Shown here in pieces: positions 17,715-26,128 of a stretch of 64,000 nt of DNA. Under the pieces are notes generated by a model. The model had not been told where the DNA came from. It worked only from the letters and a program-made list of their open reading frames with translations, and did no database searches. Where the stretch lies: positions 1,424,653 through 1,488,652 of the forward strand of contig OX638355.1 of the NCBI GenBank assembly GCA_951813285.1. Reading direction: 5' to 3'. Every line of letters begins with the position of its first letter. Position 1 is the stretch's first letter. A program made the translations under genes and the position numbers. The stretch is from Terriglobia bacterium (lineage in GTDB: Bacteria > Acidobacteriota > Terriglobia > Versatilivoradales > Versatilivoraceae).

Positions 17715-18596
17715 TCAGGACGAAAAGCGTTGATGGGCAATCCGAGTCAGTTCCCTCAGGGTCAGATCCAGGCGCTCGTCCCGCAGGACCGGTGTGAAAA
17801 GCCGTGCCCGGCGGATCTCTTCCAGATCCAGCTGGGCCAGCACCAGGTCCTCTCCGGAGGTTTGGCTTCGGGCAACCACCTCTCCAACGGGACCGACAAC
17901 CATCGATCCTCCGGGGAAGTAGGCGCCATCCTCGATTCCGGCCCGATTGGCGTAAAGGTTGTAAACCGTGTAAAACTGCGACAAGGCCTTCAGCAGAATC
18001 TCCCATCCCTGAGACGTCTGGAACCCTGCGTCGGTCCTCACGCCCCTACCGGGACTGGAGGAGAGCGTCACTATTACCCGGGCCCCATCCTGCGCGTGCA
18101 GGTAGAGGGTAGAGGGGTGCCAGAGGTCTTCACAGATCAGCAATCCCAACGGACCGAAGGGAGTCCGGACAGTCCGCAATTTCTCGCCCATGGCAAAAAA
18201 GCGCATCTCGTCGAACATGCCGTAAGTGGGCAAATAAAGCTTCCGGTGCACATGCTGGATCCTGCCCTCGGACACGTAAGCGGCGGCGTTATAGTAGTTG
18301 TAGCGATCCGAGACTTCCACAAAGCCGAAAACACAGGCGATATCCCTGCAGCCCTGCAACAATGGCTGGAGATTTGGAGCGTTCAGCGGATCGATGGCAA
18401 CGTCCGGCACCAGGTCCTGCAGAATATATCCGGTCAGGGAAAGTTCCGGAAAAACAACCAGATCCGCGCCTTCCGATTTTGCCCGGCGGATGGTGTCCAG
18501 GTGAAGTTGCAGGTTTTCGCTTAACAGCCCCAGCTTGGGTGACACCTGGGCCAAGGCTACTGTGAACTTGTTGGTCAAAGTCAACTCTGGAACCAA
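17715..18596 (-). CDS. carbon-nitrogen hydrolase (nitrilase superfamily) protein; candidate glutaminase partner of NadE
   Basis: FTVALAQVSP...ADLVVFPELSLTGY (catalytic Glu), ...LYLPTYGMFDE..., LICEDLWHP (catalytic Cys). Same strand as nadE and upstream of it. Confidence 0.85.
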   Translation of the reverse strand: MVPELTLTNKFTVALAQVSPKLGLLSENLQLHLDTIRRAKSEGADLVVFPELSLTGYILQDLVPDVAIDPLNAPNLQPLLQGCRDIACVFGFVEVSDRYNYYNAAAYVSEGRIQHVHRKLYLPTYGMFDEMRFFAMGEKLRTVRTPFGPLGLLICEDLWHPSTLYLHAQDGARVIVTLSSSPGRGVRTDAGFQTSQGWEILLKALSQFYTVYNLYANRAGIEDGAYFPGGSMVVGPVGEVVARSQTSGEDLVLAQLDLEEIRRARLFTPVLRDERLDLTLRELTRIAHQRFSS

Positions 18597-18743
18597 AGCA
18601 TGCTGGTGAATAAGATTATCATCTTCGATGGAGGTTCCACCGGGAAATGGTCGGTTTGAGAGGCCCGTTGCGTTTCAGCCAACCGGCGCCGTTGCGCTCC
18701 GAAATATGGCAACCCTATTTCTGAGACAGAACACTAGCACACG

Positions 18744-18770
18744 AAAAAATCTCCGGGCAAGGAGGCCGGG
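18744..18770 (-). terminator. possible intrinsic terminator downstream of the RDD gene
   Basis: Minus strand reads ccggcctccttgcccggagatttttt, a short GC stem followed by a T6 run, ~35 nt after the stop at 18804. The stem is weak. Confidence 0.35.
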
Positions 18771-18803
18771 CTCGCCGCGGCGGCTCGATATCTGCGATAA
18801 CCT

Positions 18804-19820
18804 TCAATCGCCCGGAGGGAGGCCGGATTCAATCACCAGGGTCTTGGAAATACGGTCGTGCCAGGTCAGTCGTTCCGAGTCGAAGAAAGCCCAGAGGAAG
18901 CCCAGGCCGAAACAACCCGCGGAGATGCAATAACCGGAGATCCGCAAACCCACGTCCCGGAGAGAGGGCATTCCGCCGTCAAAGCGAATGACCGCCAGGC
19001 CCATGTAGTCCATCCCCGGTGTCCGGGCGCCAAGAACGGTGAAAAGAATGAAGTAGGAGAGCGCAATGGAGAGAAACACCAGTCCCAGCCCCAGCCCGGC
19101 GGAAATGGAGAGCACCTTGAAATCCGTAAAGGCGATGACCACCAGGCTGAAGATCAGCCAACAACCTACAATGAACAGAGTATCGACGATCCCGGCGGCG
19201 AAACGATCCCATACGGATGCGGACCTCAGGTCCTCACGAATGGAGTCCCTCAGCAAGGCATCCCGAGGCTTGCTTTCCCCAAATGGAAGCGGTGATTGGT
19301 TGAGCTTGATTTCGATCCTTTGAATCTTGTCGGAGAACAGGGTTCCCTGGCTTCTTGGGGCCGTCGCAGCACCGGTTTGGACGGCCGGCGGTGCCGGTGC
19401 GGGGCTGACAGTTCTCGGGTCGCCGGGGGGAGGGCCGGTAGCCGGTCCGGCTTCCGGAAGAGTTGGACCGGCGGGTGCAGACTCCTGTTGGTCGGGCGGT
19501 TGCCGGATCGGGTCGGAAGCGGGGGGCTCAGTCCTCACGAAGTCCCGATCCAGAAAGTCCTTCACCGTGGTTTCGAACGGTTCCTGCTGCAGGTCCGGGA
19601 CGGAGACTCGATCAGTCGGAGGCCGCCGGGAATCCTTCACCTCCGTGAAATGCGCGGGAGAGGAAACCGGTTCGTCCTGAACGACCAGGTTGCCGCTTGC
19701 CTCGGCAGGTGGGTTCGGATCCGTGGTGGGTTCCGCGGAGGAGGGGGGCAGGGGGTGATTGCACCCGACACAACTCTCCGTATTCGATGGATTGTGGAGG
19801 CCACAGGAAGGACAAATCAT
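18804..19820 (-). CDS. RDD-family membrane protein with N-terminal zinc-ribbon and Pro-rich linker
   Basis: MICPSCGLHNPSNTESCVGCNH (CxxC...CxxC). C-terminal WDRFAAGIVDTLFIVGCWLIF... has three TM segments and an R/D/D pattern typical of RDD domains. Confidence 0.75.
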   Translation of the reverse strand: MICPSCGLHNPSNTESCVGCNHPLPPSSAEPTTDPNPPAEASGNLVVQDEPVSSPAHFTEVKDSRRPPTDRVSVPDLQQEPFETTVKDFLDRDFVRTEPPASDPIRQPPDQQESAPAGPTLPEAGPATGPPPGDPRTVSPAPAPPAVQTGAATAPRSQGTLFSDKIQRIEIKLNQSPLPFGESKPRDALLRDSIREDLRSASVWDRFAAGIVDTLFIVGCWLIFSLVVIAFTDFKVLSISAGLGLGLVFLSIALSYFILFTVLGARTPGMDYMGLAVIRFDGGMPSLRDVGLRISGYCISAGCFGLGFLWAFFDSERLTWHDRISKTLVIESGLPPGD

Positions 19821-20056
19821 GGAAATTGATCAGCCGGTGGAGGTGGTCAAGTCCTAGAAGCAGTGTCCCGGTCTGAGTGAATTGGGCAGATGTTAACAGA
19901 ACAGGCCGGCAATATTCCAGTCTTGCGGGGCGCCCCCGGCGCAAGTTCACATTGTGCTAAGCTTTTCCTATGGTTGTCGGCCGCTTCCGCTCAATGAAGG
20001 ACGCGACCCTTCATGCAGGTGCGGGCGCTCCGTGAACCGCTTCCAAGAATCTTCCA

Positions 20057-22393
20057 GTGCATTCTCTCAGCCCACGTCACTCAAGGACGGACCCGCATCC
20101 CGGCGATTTCGGAGCCTGGGCCAATCCCGGCCGGATAGGGGTGCTGGCCGGGCTACTGGTGCTGCTCTCGGCATTTCCGGGATCCAGCCAATCCCGGGAA
20201 CAGCAACCGGAATCGGAGCCGGCTGCCTCTTCAGCCGCAAGCGATCCTCTTGCCATTCGGGTCGGTGACGAAGTCATCACCGTCCGAGCCGAACGACAGG
20301 CCAGGACGGGGAAACACGACTATCTCGCCCAGGGCGATGTAGAGGTCAGCTTCCGAGACCTGCTCTTGAAGGCCGACCGGATTTGCGGCAACGACAGCAC
20401 CCGGGATGTTGAAGGCGAAGGAAACGTTTACTTCGAGCAAGGACTCACCCGTCTTCACGCCTCTCGCTTCAAGTTCAACTTTGACAGCCGGACGGGGACC
20501 TTTTACGACGTCAGGGGCAAGACCCAGGTCGAGTTTCAGGGTCGATCCGACACCGGTTTTCTCTTCCAGGCCAAGGAGGTCCGGAAGGTCGGGGCGGATG
20601 AGTATCGAATCGTGGATGGAACGGTCACGGCCTGCGAGGATCCGGTTCCCAAGTGGAGTTTCTCGGCCAAGGGCGCGGATTTCAAGGTGAACGAGCCGGT
20701 AAACCTGCGGCACGCCGTCTTCAGAATCAAAAAACTCCCCCTCTTCTACAGTCCCTTTCTGAGGGCGCCCACCAGTGAAAAGCAGCGAAAGACAGGCTTT
20801 CTCTTACCCTCTACGGGCAACTCCTCCAGCCGCGGGCGCTCCGTCAGCGGAGCTTTTTTCTTGACCCTGGGCCGCAGCGCCGATCTCTTGACACGAGCGG
20901 ACTATTATTCCAAGCGCGGGCCTGCCGGCGGGCTGGATTTCAAGGCCAGGCCCAACCAGCACAGTTCCATTTCCGCCGTGGGCTACGCTGCCCGGGATCG
21001 GATGGGCTTCGGCGGCCAGAGCGCACAGGTCAAGGCGGAGACCCGGTGGGAGAACGGTTTCAGAGCGGCGGCCGACGTGGATGTGGTCAGCTCCCAGGAA
21101 TTTCGACAGGTGTATGGGCGCACTTTCAACACGATCTCCAGGCCCGACGAGGTGTCCTCGGGTTTTCTGACCCGAAACTTTTCGAGCGACAGCCTCAACG
21201 TTTTCGGGGAACGCCGCTCCACAATTTTTTCCAGGGAAAGGGCTGTCACCAGCCGCACGTTTCCCAGTTTCAATTTAAACGGCCACCGGCGCAGGATAAG
21301 AAACTGGCCGATCTACTTTTCCTACGACACCTCCGTGGAAGGCATGGGCCGCACGGACGCCCGGCTAACGACGCCAGGAGTGGTCCAGCGCTTCGATTTC
21401 TATCCCAGGCTCTCTATTCCCATCATCAGGTCGGGCGGGATCAGCCTGACCCCCAGCGTGGGCTGGCGGGAGACCTTTTATTCGAACCGGTTGGATCCCC
21501 AGAGCCCCACCGGAGTCGGACCCGGCAATTTGAATCGCTCGGCCTTCGACCTGGAACTTGATTGGAGAGGTCCGGGGTTGCAGAGGATCTTTCAGGTGGG
21601 CCGGCATCGCTTGAAGCACCTCATCGAACCGTCGATCACTTACCGCTACATCTCCGGGGTCGACGAATTCAGGGAGACCATACTCTTCGATGAGAAGGAC
21701 ATCTTCAGCAACTCCAATGAAGTCGAGTATGGCTTCTCCAATCGCTTCCTTGCTCGCCGCCCAACCTCTGACGGAGGCTGGACGACCGCCGAGGTTCTAT
21801 CCTTGAGCGTCGGGCAGAAGGTCTTCTTCGATCCTACCTTTGGCGGAGCCCTGATCCCAGGGCGAAGAAACGTGCTCTATCCTGCCAATACGCTGTCGGC
21901 TTTTGCTTATCTGGATGGATCCAGAAGGGTGTCTCCTGTTACCTCCCGGCTGCGATTTACCCCCGCTCAGCGCTATACGGTTGACTTCAGGACCGATTAC
22001 GATCCCGAAGTCCAACGCCTGCGAGCCAGCAGTGTCGCCGGCAGAGTCAATCTTTCCCGGTACTTCCTTGGCCTGACCTACTACAATACCCGCAACCTGC
22101 CCCCCAATCAGCTTCCTTCCAACCAGGTCCGCGCCAGGCTGGGCCGATCCTCCGCTCAAGGGATCAGTGCGGCCCTCAGCTTTGTCCACAATTTCACCAC
22201 CCGGCGCAGGCAGTACACGGCAGCACAGTTGGCCTACCATTGGGATTGCTGCGGCGTAGCCGTTCATCTTCGCCATGTCGGTCTAAGGCAATTCAACCCT
22301 AGACTGGAGAACGAGTCCCAAGTCCGGTTCAGTTTCTTTCTCAAGAATATTGGTTCGTTCGGGACTCTGAGAAGGAGAGAGCAGCTTTTCTAA
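20057..22393 (+). CDS. lptD: LPS-assembly outer-membrane protein LptD (OstA family)
   Basis: GTG start. N-terminal OstA-like segment (YLAQGDVEVSFRDLLLKADRICGNDSTRDVEGEGNVYFEQG...HASRFKFNFDSRTGTFYDVRG), then a long beta-barrel region with LptD-like motifs (GFLLPS.G.SS..G). Confidence 0.85.
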   Translation: MHSLSPRHSRTDPHPGDFGAWANPGRIGVLAGLLVLLSAFPGSSQSREQQPESEPAASSAASDPLAIRVGDEVITVRAERQARTGKHDYLAQGDVEVSFRDLLLKADRICGNDSTRDVEGEGNVYFEQGLTRLHASRFKFNFDSRTGTFYDVRGKTQVEFQGRSDTGFLFQAKEVRKVGADEYRIVDGTVTACEDPVPKWSFSAKGADFKVNEPVNLRHAVFRIKKLPLFYSPFLRAPTSEKQRKTGFLLPSTGNSSSRGRSVSGAFFLTLGRSADLLTRADYYSKRGPAGGLDFKARPNQHSSISAVGYAARDRMGFGGQSAQVKAETRWENGFRAAADVDVVSSQEFRQVYGRTFNTISRPDEVSSGFLTRNFSSDSLNVFGERRSTIFSRERAVTSRTFPSFNLNGHRRRIRNWPIYFSYDTSVEGMGRTDARLTTPGVVQRFDFYPRLSIPIIRSGGISLTPSVGWRETFYSNRLDPQSPTGVGPGNLNRSAFDLELDWRGPGLQRIFQVGRHRLKHLIEPSITYRYISGVDEFRETILFDEKDIFSNSNEVEYGFSNRFLARRPTSDGGWTTAEVLSLSVGQKVFFDPTFGGALIPGRRNVLYPANTLSAFAYLDGSRRVSPVTSRLRFTPAQRYTVDFRTDYDPEVQRLRASSVAGRVNLSRYFLGLTYYNTRNLPPNQLPSNQVRARLGRSSAQGISAALSFVHNFTTRRRQYTAAQLAYHWDCCGVAVHLRHVGLRQFNPRLENESQVRFSFFLKNIGSFGTLRRREQLF

Positions 22394-22637
22394 TATATTT
22401 CCCCAATAACAAACTCGGGAGGTTGAACTGAAACTCAGTTTGTGAATTTTCTTGGAGTTTGTCGAGAATAGAATTTTAGATATCGTTGATTTATCTTGAA
22501 ATGCACGTCTTTGTAGTCTGTGATGCAAACTGATCGACATCTCAAGAGCTCTATGTAAATTAGGACTTGAAAATTGGAAGAGATATGACTATCTTTTTTA
22601 ATAACATGACGGTCAATTGTGGGGTTGATCACAGAAA
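22394..22637 (+). promoter_or_regulatory. AT-rich ~240-bp intergenic island upstream of ilvB (promoter/leader region; contains a weak hairpin 22426-22440 followed by a T-rich run)
   Basis: Composition is visibly A+T-rich against the GC-rich flanks. Hairpin aactga-aac-tcagtt then tgtgaattttctt could terminate lptD. An 18-codon uORF at 22585-22641 overlaps the ilvB ATG (ATGA). Confidence 0.5.
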
Positions 22638-24362
22638 ATGACTCAGGAAACGATGGATGGAGCCCAGGCTTTGGTTCGAGGTCTGGAAAATGAAGGAGTG
22701 GAGTACATCTGGGGTTTGTCCGGCGGAGCGGCGATTCCCATTTTCGATGCTCTGGTCACCACCAGAACCAAGATCAAGCTGATTCTGGTCAGACACGAAC
22801 AAGGGGCTTCCCACATGGCGGACGGTTACGCTCGAGCTACGGGCAGGCCCGGGGTTGTGCTGGTCACCAGCGGGCCAGGGGCCACCAACACGGTCACCGG
22901 CATAATGACTGCCCAGATGGATTCCATTCCCATGGTGGTTCTGACGGGCCAGACCGTAACTCCCATGTTGGGAAAGGATGCCTTCCAGGAAGCGGATGTC
23001 TTCGGCTTGACCATGCCGATCGTCAAGCACAGCTACTTGATCAAGGACACCAACGACATTCCCAGAATCGTGAGGGAGGCCTTCCATATTGCCAGCACCG
23101 GACGTCCGGGACCGGTGCTGATCGATGTTCCCAAGGACGTGAGCCAGAATCCCTTTTCGGGCGATCTTCACGCCGAAATGGATCTGCCCGGATATCGGGT
23201 TGGCAGCAGTCTGGACCACAGCCAAATCCTGCAGATTGCCGGGGCCCTCAGCCGAGCTCGCAAGCCGGTCTTGCTGGTGGGTCACGGCGCGCTGGTCTCC
23301 AATGCTTCCAGCGCCGTCAGGAGGCTGGCGGAAAAATTGTGTGCTCCGGTGACGACGACGCTACTGGGGAAAGGAGCATTTCCGGAATCCCATCCCCTCT
23401 CTCTCGGCATGTTGGGGATGCATGGGACGGCCTATGCCAACAAGGCCATGGTGGAGTGCGATCTGGTCATGTCGATCGGTTCCCGCTACGACGACCGCAT
23501 CGTCGGTCAGCCGCATCGATTTTGCAAGGATGCGGTGCGCATCCACATCGATATCGATGAAGCCGAAATCGGAAAGATGATCCAGTGTCAGCACTGGTGT
23601 GTCGGAGATGCACGAGAGATCGTCGAAGAGCTGATCCCGCACGTGGCGCCCTTGAACACCTCCGGTTGGTTGAAACATCTGGAGGGATACAAAAGGAAAT
23701 TCCCACTCAAATACAAGAGGCGCGGCGGATTGAAAATGCAGCATGTTCTGGATGAGTTGCACAATCTGACCGGCGGAAAGGCCATCGTTTCCACCGACGT
23801 TGGACAGCATCAGATGTGGGCGGCCCAGTTCTACAAGACGGACTACCCATCCAACTGGCTCAGTTCGGGTGGCGCAGGCACCATGGGGTATGGGTTTCCG
23901 GCTGCCATCGGCGCCCAGTTCGGCCGTCCCGGGGATCTGGTGGTGGCAGTGGTGGGGGACGGGGGATTTCAAATGACCATGAGTGAGCTCTCGACCGCCT
24001 GCGTTCACCGGCTCCCCATTAAGGTCATCGTCCTAAACAACCACTACCTGGGCATGGTCCGCCAGTGGCAGGAGCTGTTCTACGGAGAGCGCGAGAGTGG
24101 AGTGGATCTGGAGGGGAATCCCGACTTCGCCAAGCTGGCCGGCGCCTATCCGGGGGCAAAGGGGTTCACCCTGAAGCGACCGGCCGACGTCAGAAAGATC
24201 CTCCAGAGGGCGCTCGACTACGATCAAGGCCCGGCGGTGGTGAACGCGGAGTGCGAGAAGACCGACAACGTCTATCCCATGATTCCCGCCGGCAGGGCGC
24301 TTGAAGACATGTTGATCGAAAAGCCCAATAGAAGACTGGAAAAGCCCACCGGATCTACCTAA
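22638..24362 (+). CDS. ilvB: acetolactate synthase (acetohydroxyacid synthase) large subunit, biosynthetic type
   Basis: [43 protein letters not shown], ThDP motif [16 protein letters not shown]...[16 protein letters not shown]...[14 protein letters not shown]. Confidence 0.95.
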   Translation: MTQETMDGAQALVRGLENEGVEYIWGLSGGAAIPIFDALVTTRTKIKLILVRHEQGASHMADGYARATGRPGVVLVTSGPGATNTVTGIMTAQMDSIPMVVLTGQTVTPMLGKDAFQEADVFGLTMPIVKHSYLIKDTNDIPRIVREAFHIASTGRPGPVLIDVPKDVSQNPFSGDLHAEMDLPGYRVGSSLDHSQILQIAGALSRARKPVLLVGHGALVSNASSAVRRLAEKLCAPVTTTLLGKGAFPESHPLSLGMLGMHGTAYANKAMVECDLVMSIGSRYDDRIVGQPHRFCKDAVRIHIDIDEAEIGKMIQCQHWCVGDAREIVEELIPHVAPLNTSGWLKHLEGYKRKFPLKYKRRGGLKMQHVLDELHNLTGGKAIVSTDVGQHQMWAAQFYKTDYPSNWLSSGGAGTMGYGFPAAIGAQFGRPGDLVVAVVGDGGFQMTMSELSTACVHRLPIKVIVLNNHYLGMVRQWQELFYGERESGVDLEGNPDFAKLAGAYPGAKGFTLKRPADVRKILQRALDYDQGPAVVNAECEKTDNVYPMIPAGRALEDMLIEKPNRRLEKPTGST

Positions 24363-24418
24363 CGCGCCCGGTTCGGCGCCCCGCCCGAGTTGGGGGCCGA
24401 TTCCTCGAGAGAAGCCCT

Positions 24419-24925
24419 ATGGAAAGCCTACTGAGTCGCGACACCCATACGTTGAGCGTCTATGTCTCCAACAAGCCCGGCGTGTTGGCCAGGATCGCCC
24501 AGGTGTTTGCCCGGCGCGGCTACAACATCGATTCCCTGGTGGTCTCTTCTTCAGTGGATGGGGAATTTTCCAGAATGACCATCACCACCAAGGGCAATCC
24601 GGGGGGATTGGAACAAATCATCAAGCAGGTAAACAAGTTGATCGATGTGTTGCACTGCGTGGACCACACCGGCGAAAACGCGGTTGTGCAGGAGTTGGTC
24701 CTGATCAAGGTGGCCGTCGGGCCTGAAGATCGCAGCGAAGCCCTTCAGGTGGCGGAACACTTCAAGTGCAAGACACTCGATCTCACCGAGTCCTCCATGA
24801 TCCTGATGGCTACCGGCGGTACCGACAAGATCGACGCTCTGGTGCGCATGGTTCACAAGTACAACATCATCGAGCTGGTACGGACGGGCAACGTCGTCAT
24901 GGCCAGAGGCAACCAGGTGACTTGA
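24419..24925 (+). CDS. ilvN: acetolactate synthase small (regulatory) subunit
   Basis: HTLSVYVSNKPGVLARIAQVFARRGYNIDSLVV (ACT domain), ...ELVRTGNVVMARG. Lies immediately downstream of ilvB. Confidence 0.95.
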   Translation: MESLLSRDTHTLSVYVSNKPGVLARIAQVFARRGYNIDSLVVSSSVDGEFSRMTITTKGNPGGLEQIIKQVNKLIDVLHCVDHTGENAVVQELVLIKVAVGPEDRSEALQVAEHFKCKTLDLTESSMILMATGGTDKIDALVRMVHKYNIIELVRTGNVVMARGNQVT

Positions 24926-24973
24926 AGGGCCGGGCGCTGCTTGTCTTGAAGGGCAATCGTGACGAAAGCGACC

Positions 24974-25182
24974 CACCCGGGAGCGCGGGCGTCCCGCCCG
25001 CATCCTCTGCCTTGGGTTGTCGCTCAGATTCCCTGCGATGGCGCACCCGTCCACCGTGCCGGCGGGAACCGCATGGGCCCAGCCCAAGCAGAGCCCGGGC
25101 GTCTTTGCCGGTCGATCCGGGTCGAGGAGATGGGCGAGGCCTTGCCAGTGTAGTGCGGGCGGGACGCCCGCGCTCCCGGGTG
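24974..25182. repeat. GC-rich inverted-repeat element: two perfect 29-bp arms separated by 151 bp
   Basis: 24974-25002 cacccgggagcgcgggcgtcccgcccgca; 25154-25182 tgcgggcgggacgcccgcgctcccgggtg is its exact reverse complement. Begins 49 nt after the ilvN stop. Confidence 0.9.
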
Positions 25183-25383
25183 AGCTTCCTCCCATGACGC
25201 CGTGACACCGCCGTCACAAAATTGCAGATGCATTCGGGCCCCGCTCGTCATTGAAGGAGCTTCATCCCTAAAAGTCCTCTGATCCGGCCTGCAGATCCAG
25301 GTATTACCGTCCAACGGGCCTATGTTTTCAGTAAGGTAGGAGCACAATCTCACATTTGCCGACACCACAACCTGCCCTGCTCC

Positions 25384-25401
25384 GAATTTTGCAAAAGGCT
25401 C
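25384..25401 (+). promoter_or_regulatory. conserved 18-mer GAATTTTGCAAAAGGCTC, copy 1 of 3 (palindromic core TTTTGCAAAA)
   Basis: Identical 18-mer at 43585-43602 (+) and 34083-34100 (-). All three copies are intergenic. This copy lies just upstream of the lexA -35. Confidence 0.6.
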
Positions 25402-25408
25402 TACTGGT

Positions 25409-25437
25409 TTGAAATTCGCTTTTAATTCGCCTACAAT
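25409..25437 (+). promoter_or_regulatory. sigma70-type promoter candidate for lexA
   Basis: TTGAAA (25409-25414), 17-nt spacer, TACAAT (25432-25437); ~34 nt upstream of the lexA ATG. Confidence 0.55.
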
Positions 25438-25470
25438 AGAGCGTTGAAGCTTGCTTCGTCAGGAAGTGCG

Positions 25471-26124
25471 ATGCCTCTAACCAAGCGTCAATATCGAGTG
25501 CTTGCCTTTCTGGATGCCTTTGTCCGCCGGAACGGCTATTGCCCCAGCTACGACGAAGTCAGAAAAGCACTGGGTCTCGCTTCGCTGGCTACGGTGCACA
25601 AGCACATGAACACGCTGCAGCGAAAGGGCTATATTCGGCGGGATCCCAATCGGAGTCGTTCGATCGAAGTCATCGACCGCCGTCCCATGATCGAAGCGAA
25701 CGCGCTGAGGGCAGAGTCCGAAAGTGAAACCGGACCAGTGAAGAACGCCGGGACCCTGCCCTTGCTGGGTCGAATTGCCGCCGGTCGACCGGTTGAGGCC
25801 TTTGCCAACCAGGAGGTTCTGTCCTTGCAGGAGTTGGTCGGAAACGAGAATGCCTACGTCTTGCAGGTCAAGGGAGACTCCATGATCGAGGACCACATTT
25901 GCGATGGAGACTATGTGGTGGTGGAGAGCACCAATCGCGCCGGCAACGGAGATACGGTGGTTGCCTTGGTGGAGGGGAACGAAGCCACGCTGAAACGCTT
26001 CTATCGCGAACGAGATGGACGTCTTCGACTTCAACCGGCCAACTCCTCCATGGCGCCGATCTTTATGGAGACAGGAGAATTGGAGATCCAGGGCAGAGTC
26101 ATTGGGGTCCTGCGCAAGTACTGA
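25471..26124 (+). CDS. lexA: LexA repressor (S24 self-cleaving peptidase)
   Basis: MPLTKRQYRVLAFLDAFVRRNGYCPSYDEVRKALGLASLATVHKHMNTLQRKGYI (wHTH), LPLLGRIAAGRPVEA (cleavage site AG), KGDSM...ATLKRF (Ser/Lys dyad). ATG at 25471 lies within track ORF 25444... Confidence 0.95.
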   Translation: MPLTKRQYRVLAFLDAFVRRNGYCPSYDEVRKALGLASLATVHKHMNTLQRKGYIRRDPNRSRSIEVIDRRPMIEANALRAESESETGPVKNAGTLPLLGRIAAGRPVEAFANQEVLSLQELVGNENAYVLQVKGDSMIEDHICDGDYVVVESTNRAGNGDTVVALVEGNEATLKRFYRERDGRLRLQPANSSMAPIFMETGELEIQGRVIGVLRKY

Positions 26125-26128
26125 CGCG

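Noticed and set aside
22501-22533. Val-containing mini-ORF MHVFVVCDAN as an ilv attenuator leader peptide
   Set aside because: It has only 10 codons, no Shine-Dalgarno sequence and no obvious terminator/antiterminator alternative nearby. That is too weak to call.
25384-25401. Sigma-54 promoter interpretation of the TTGCA inside the 18-mer
   Set aside because: None of the three copies has the GG of a -24 TGGCAC element at the required 10-11 nt upstream spacing.
25330-25470. Canonical LexA boxes upstream of lexA
   Set aside because: I found no CTGT-N8-ACAG, GAAC-N4-GTTC or GTTC-N7-GTTC in this region. Only the non-canonical AATTCGC direct repeat was seen, and it is reported as a hypothesis.
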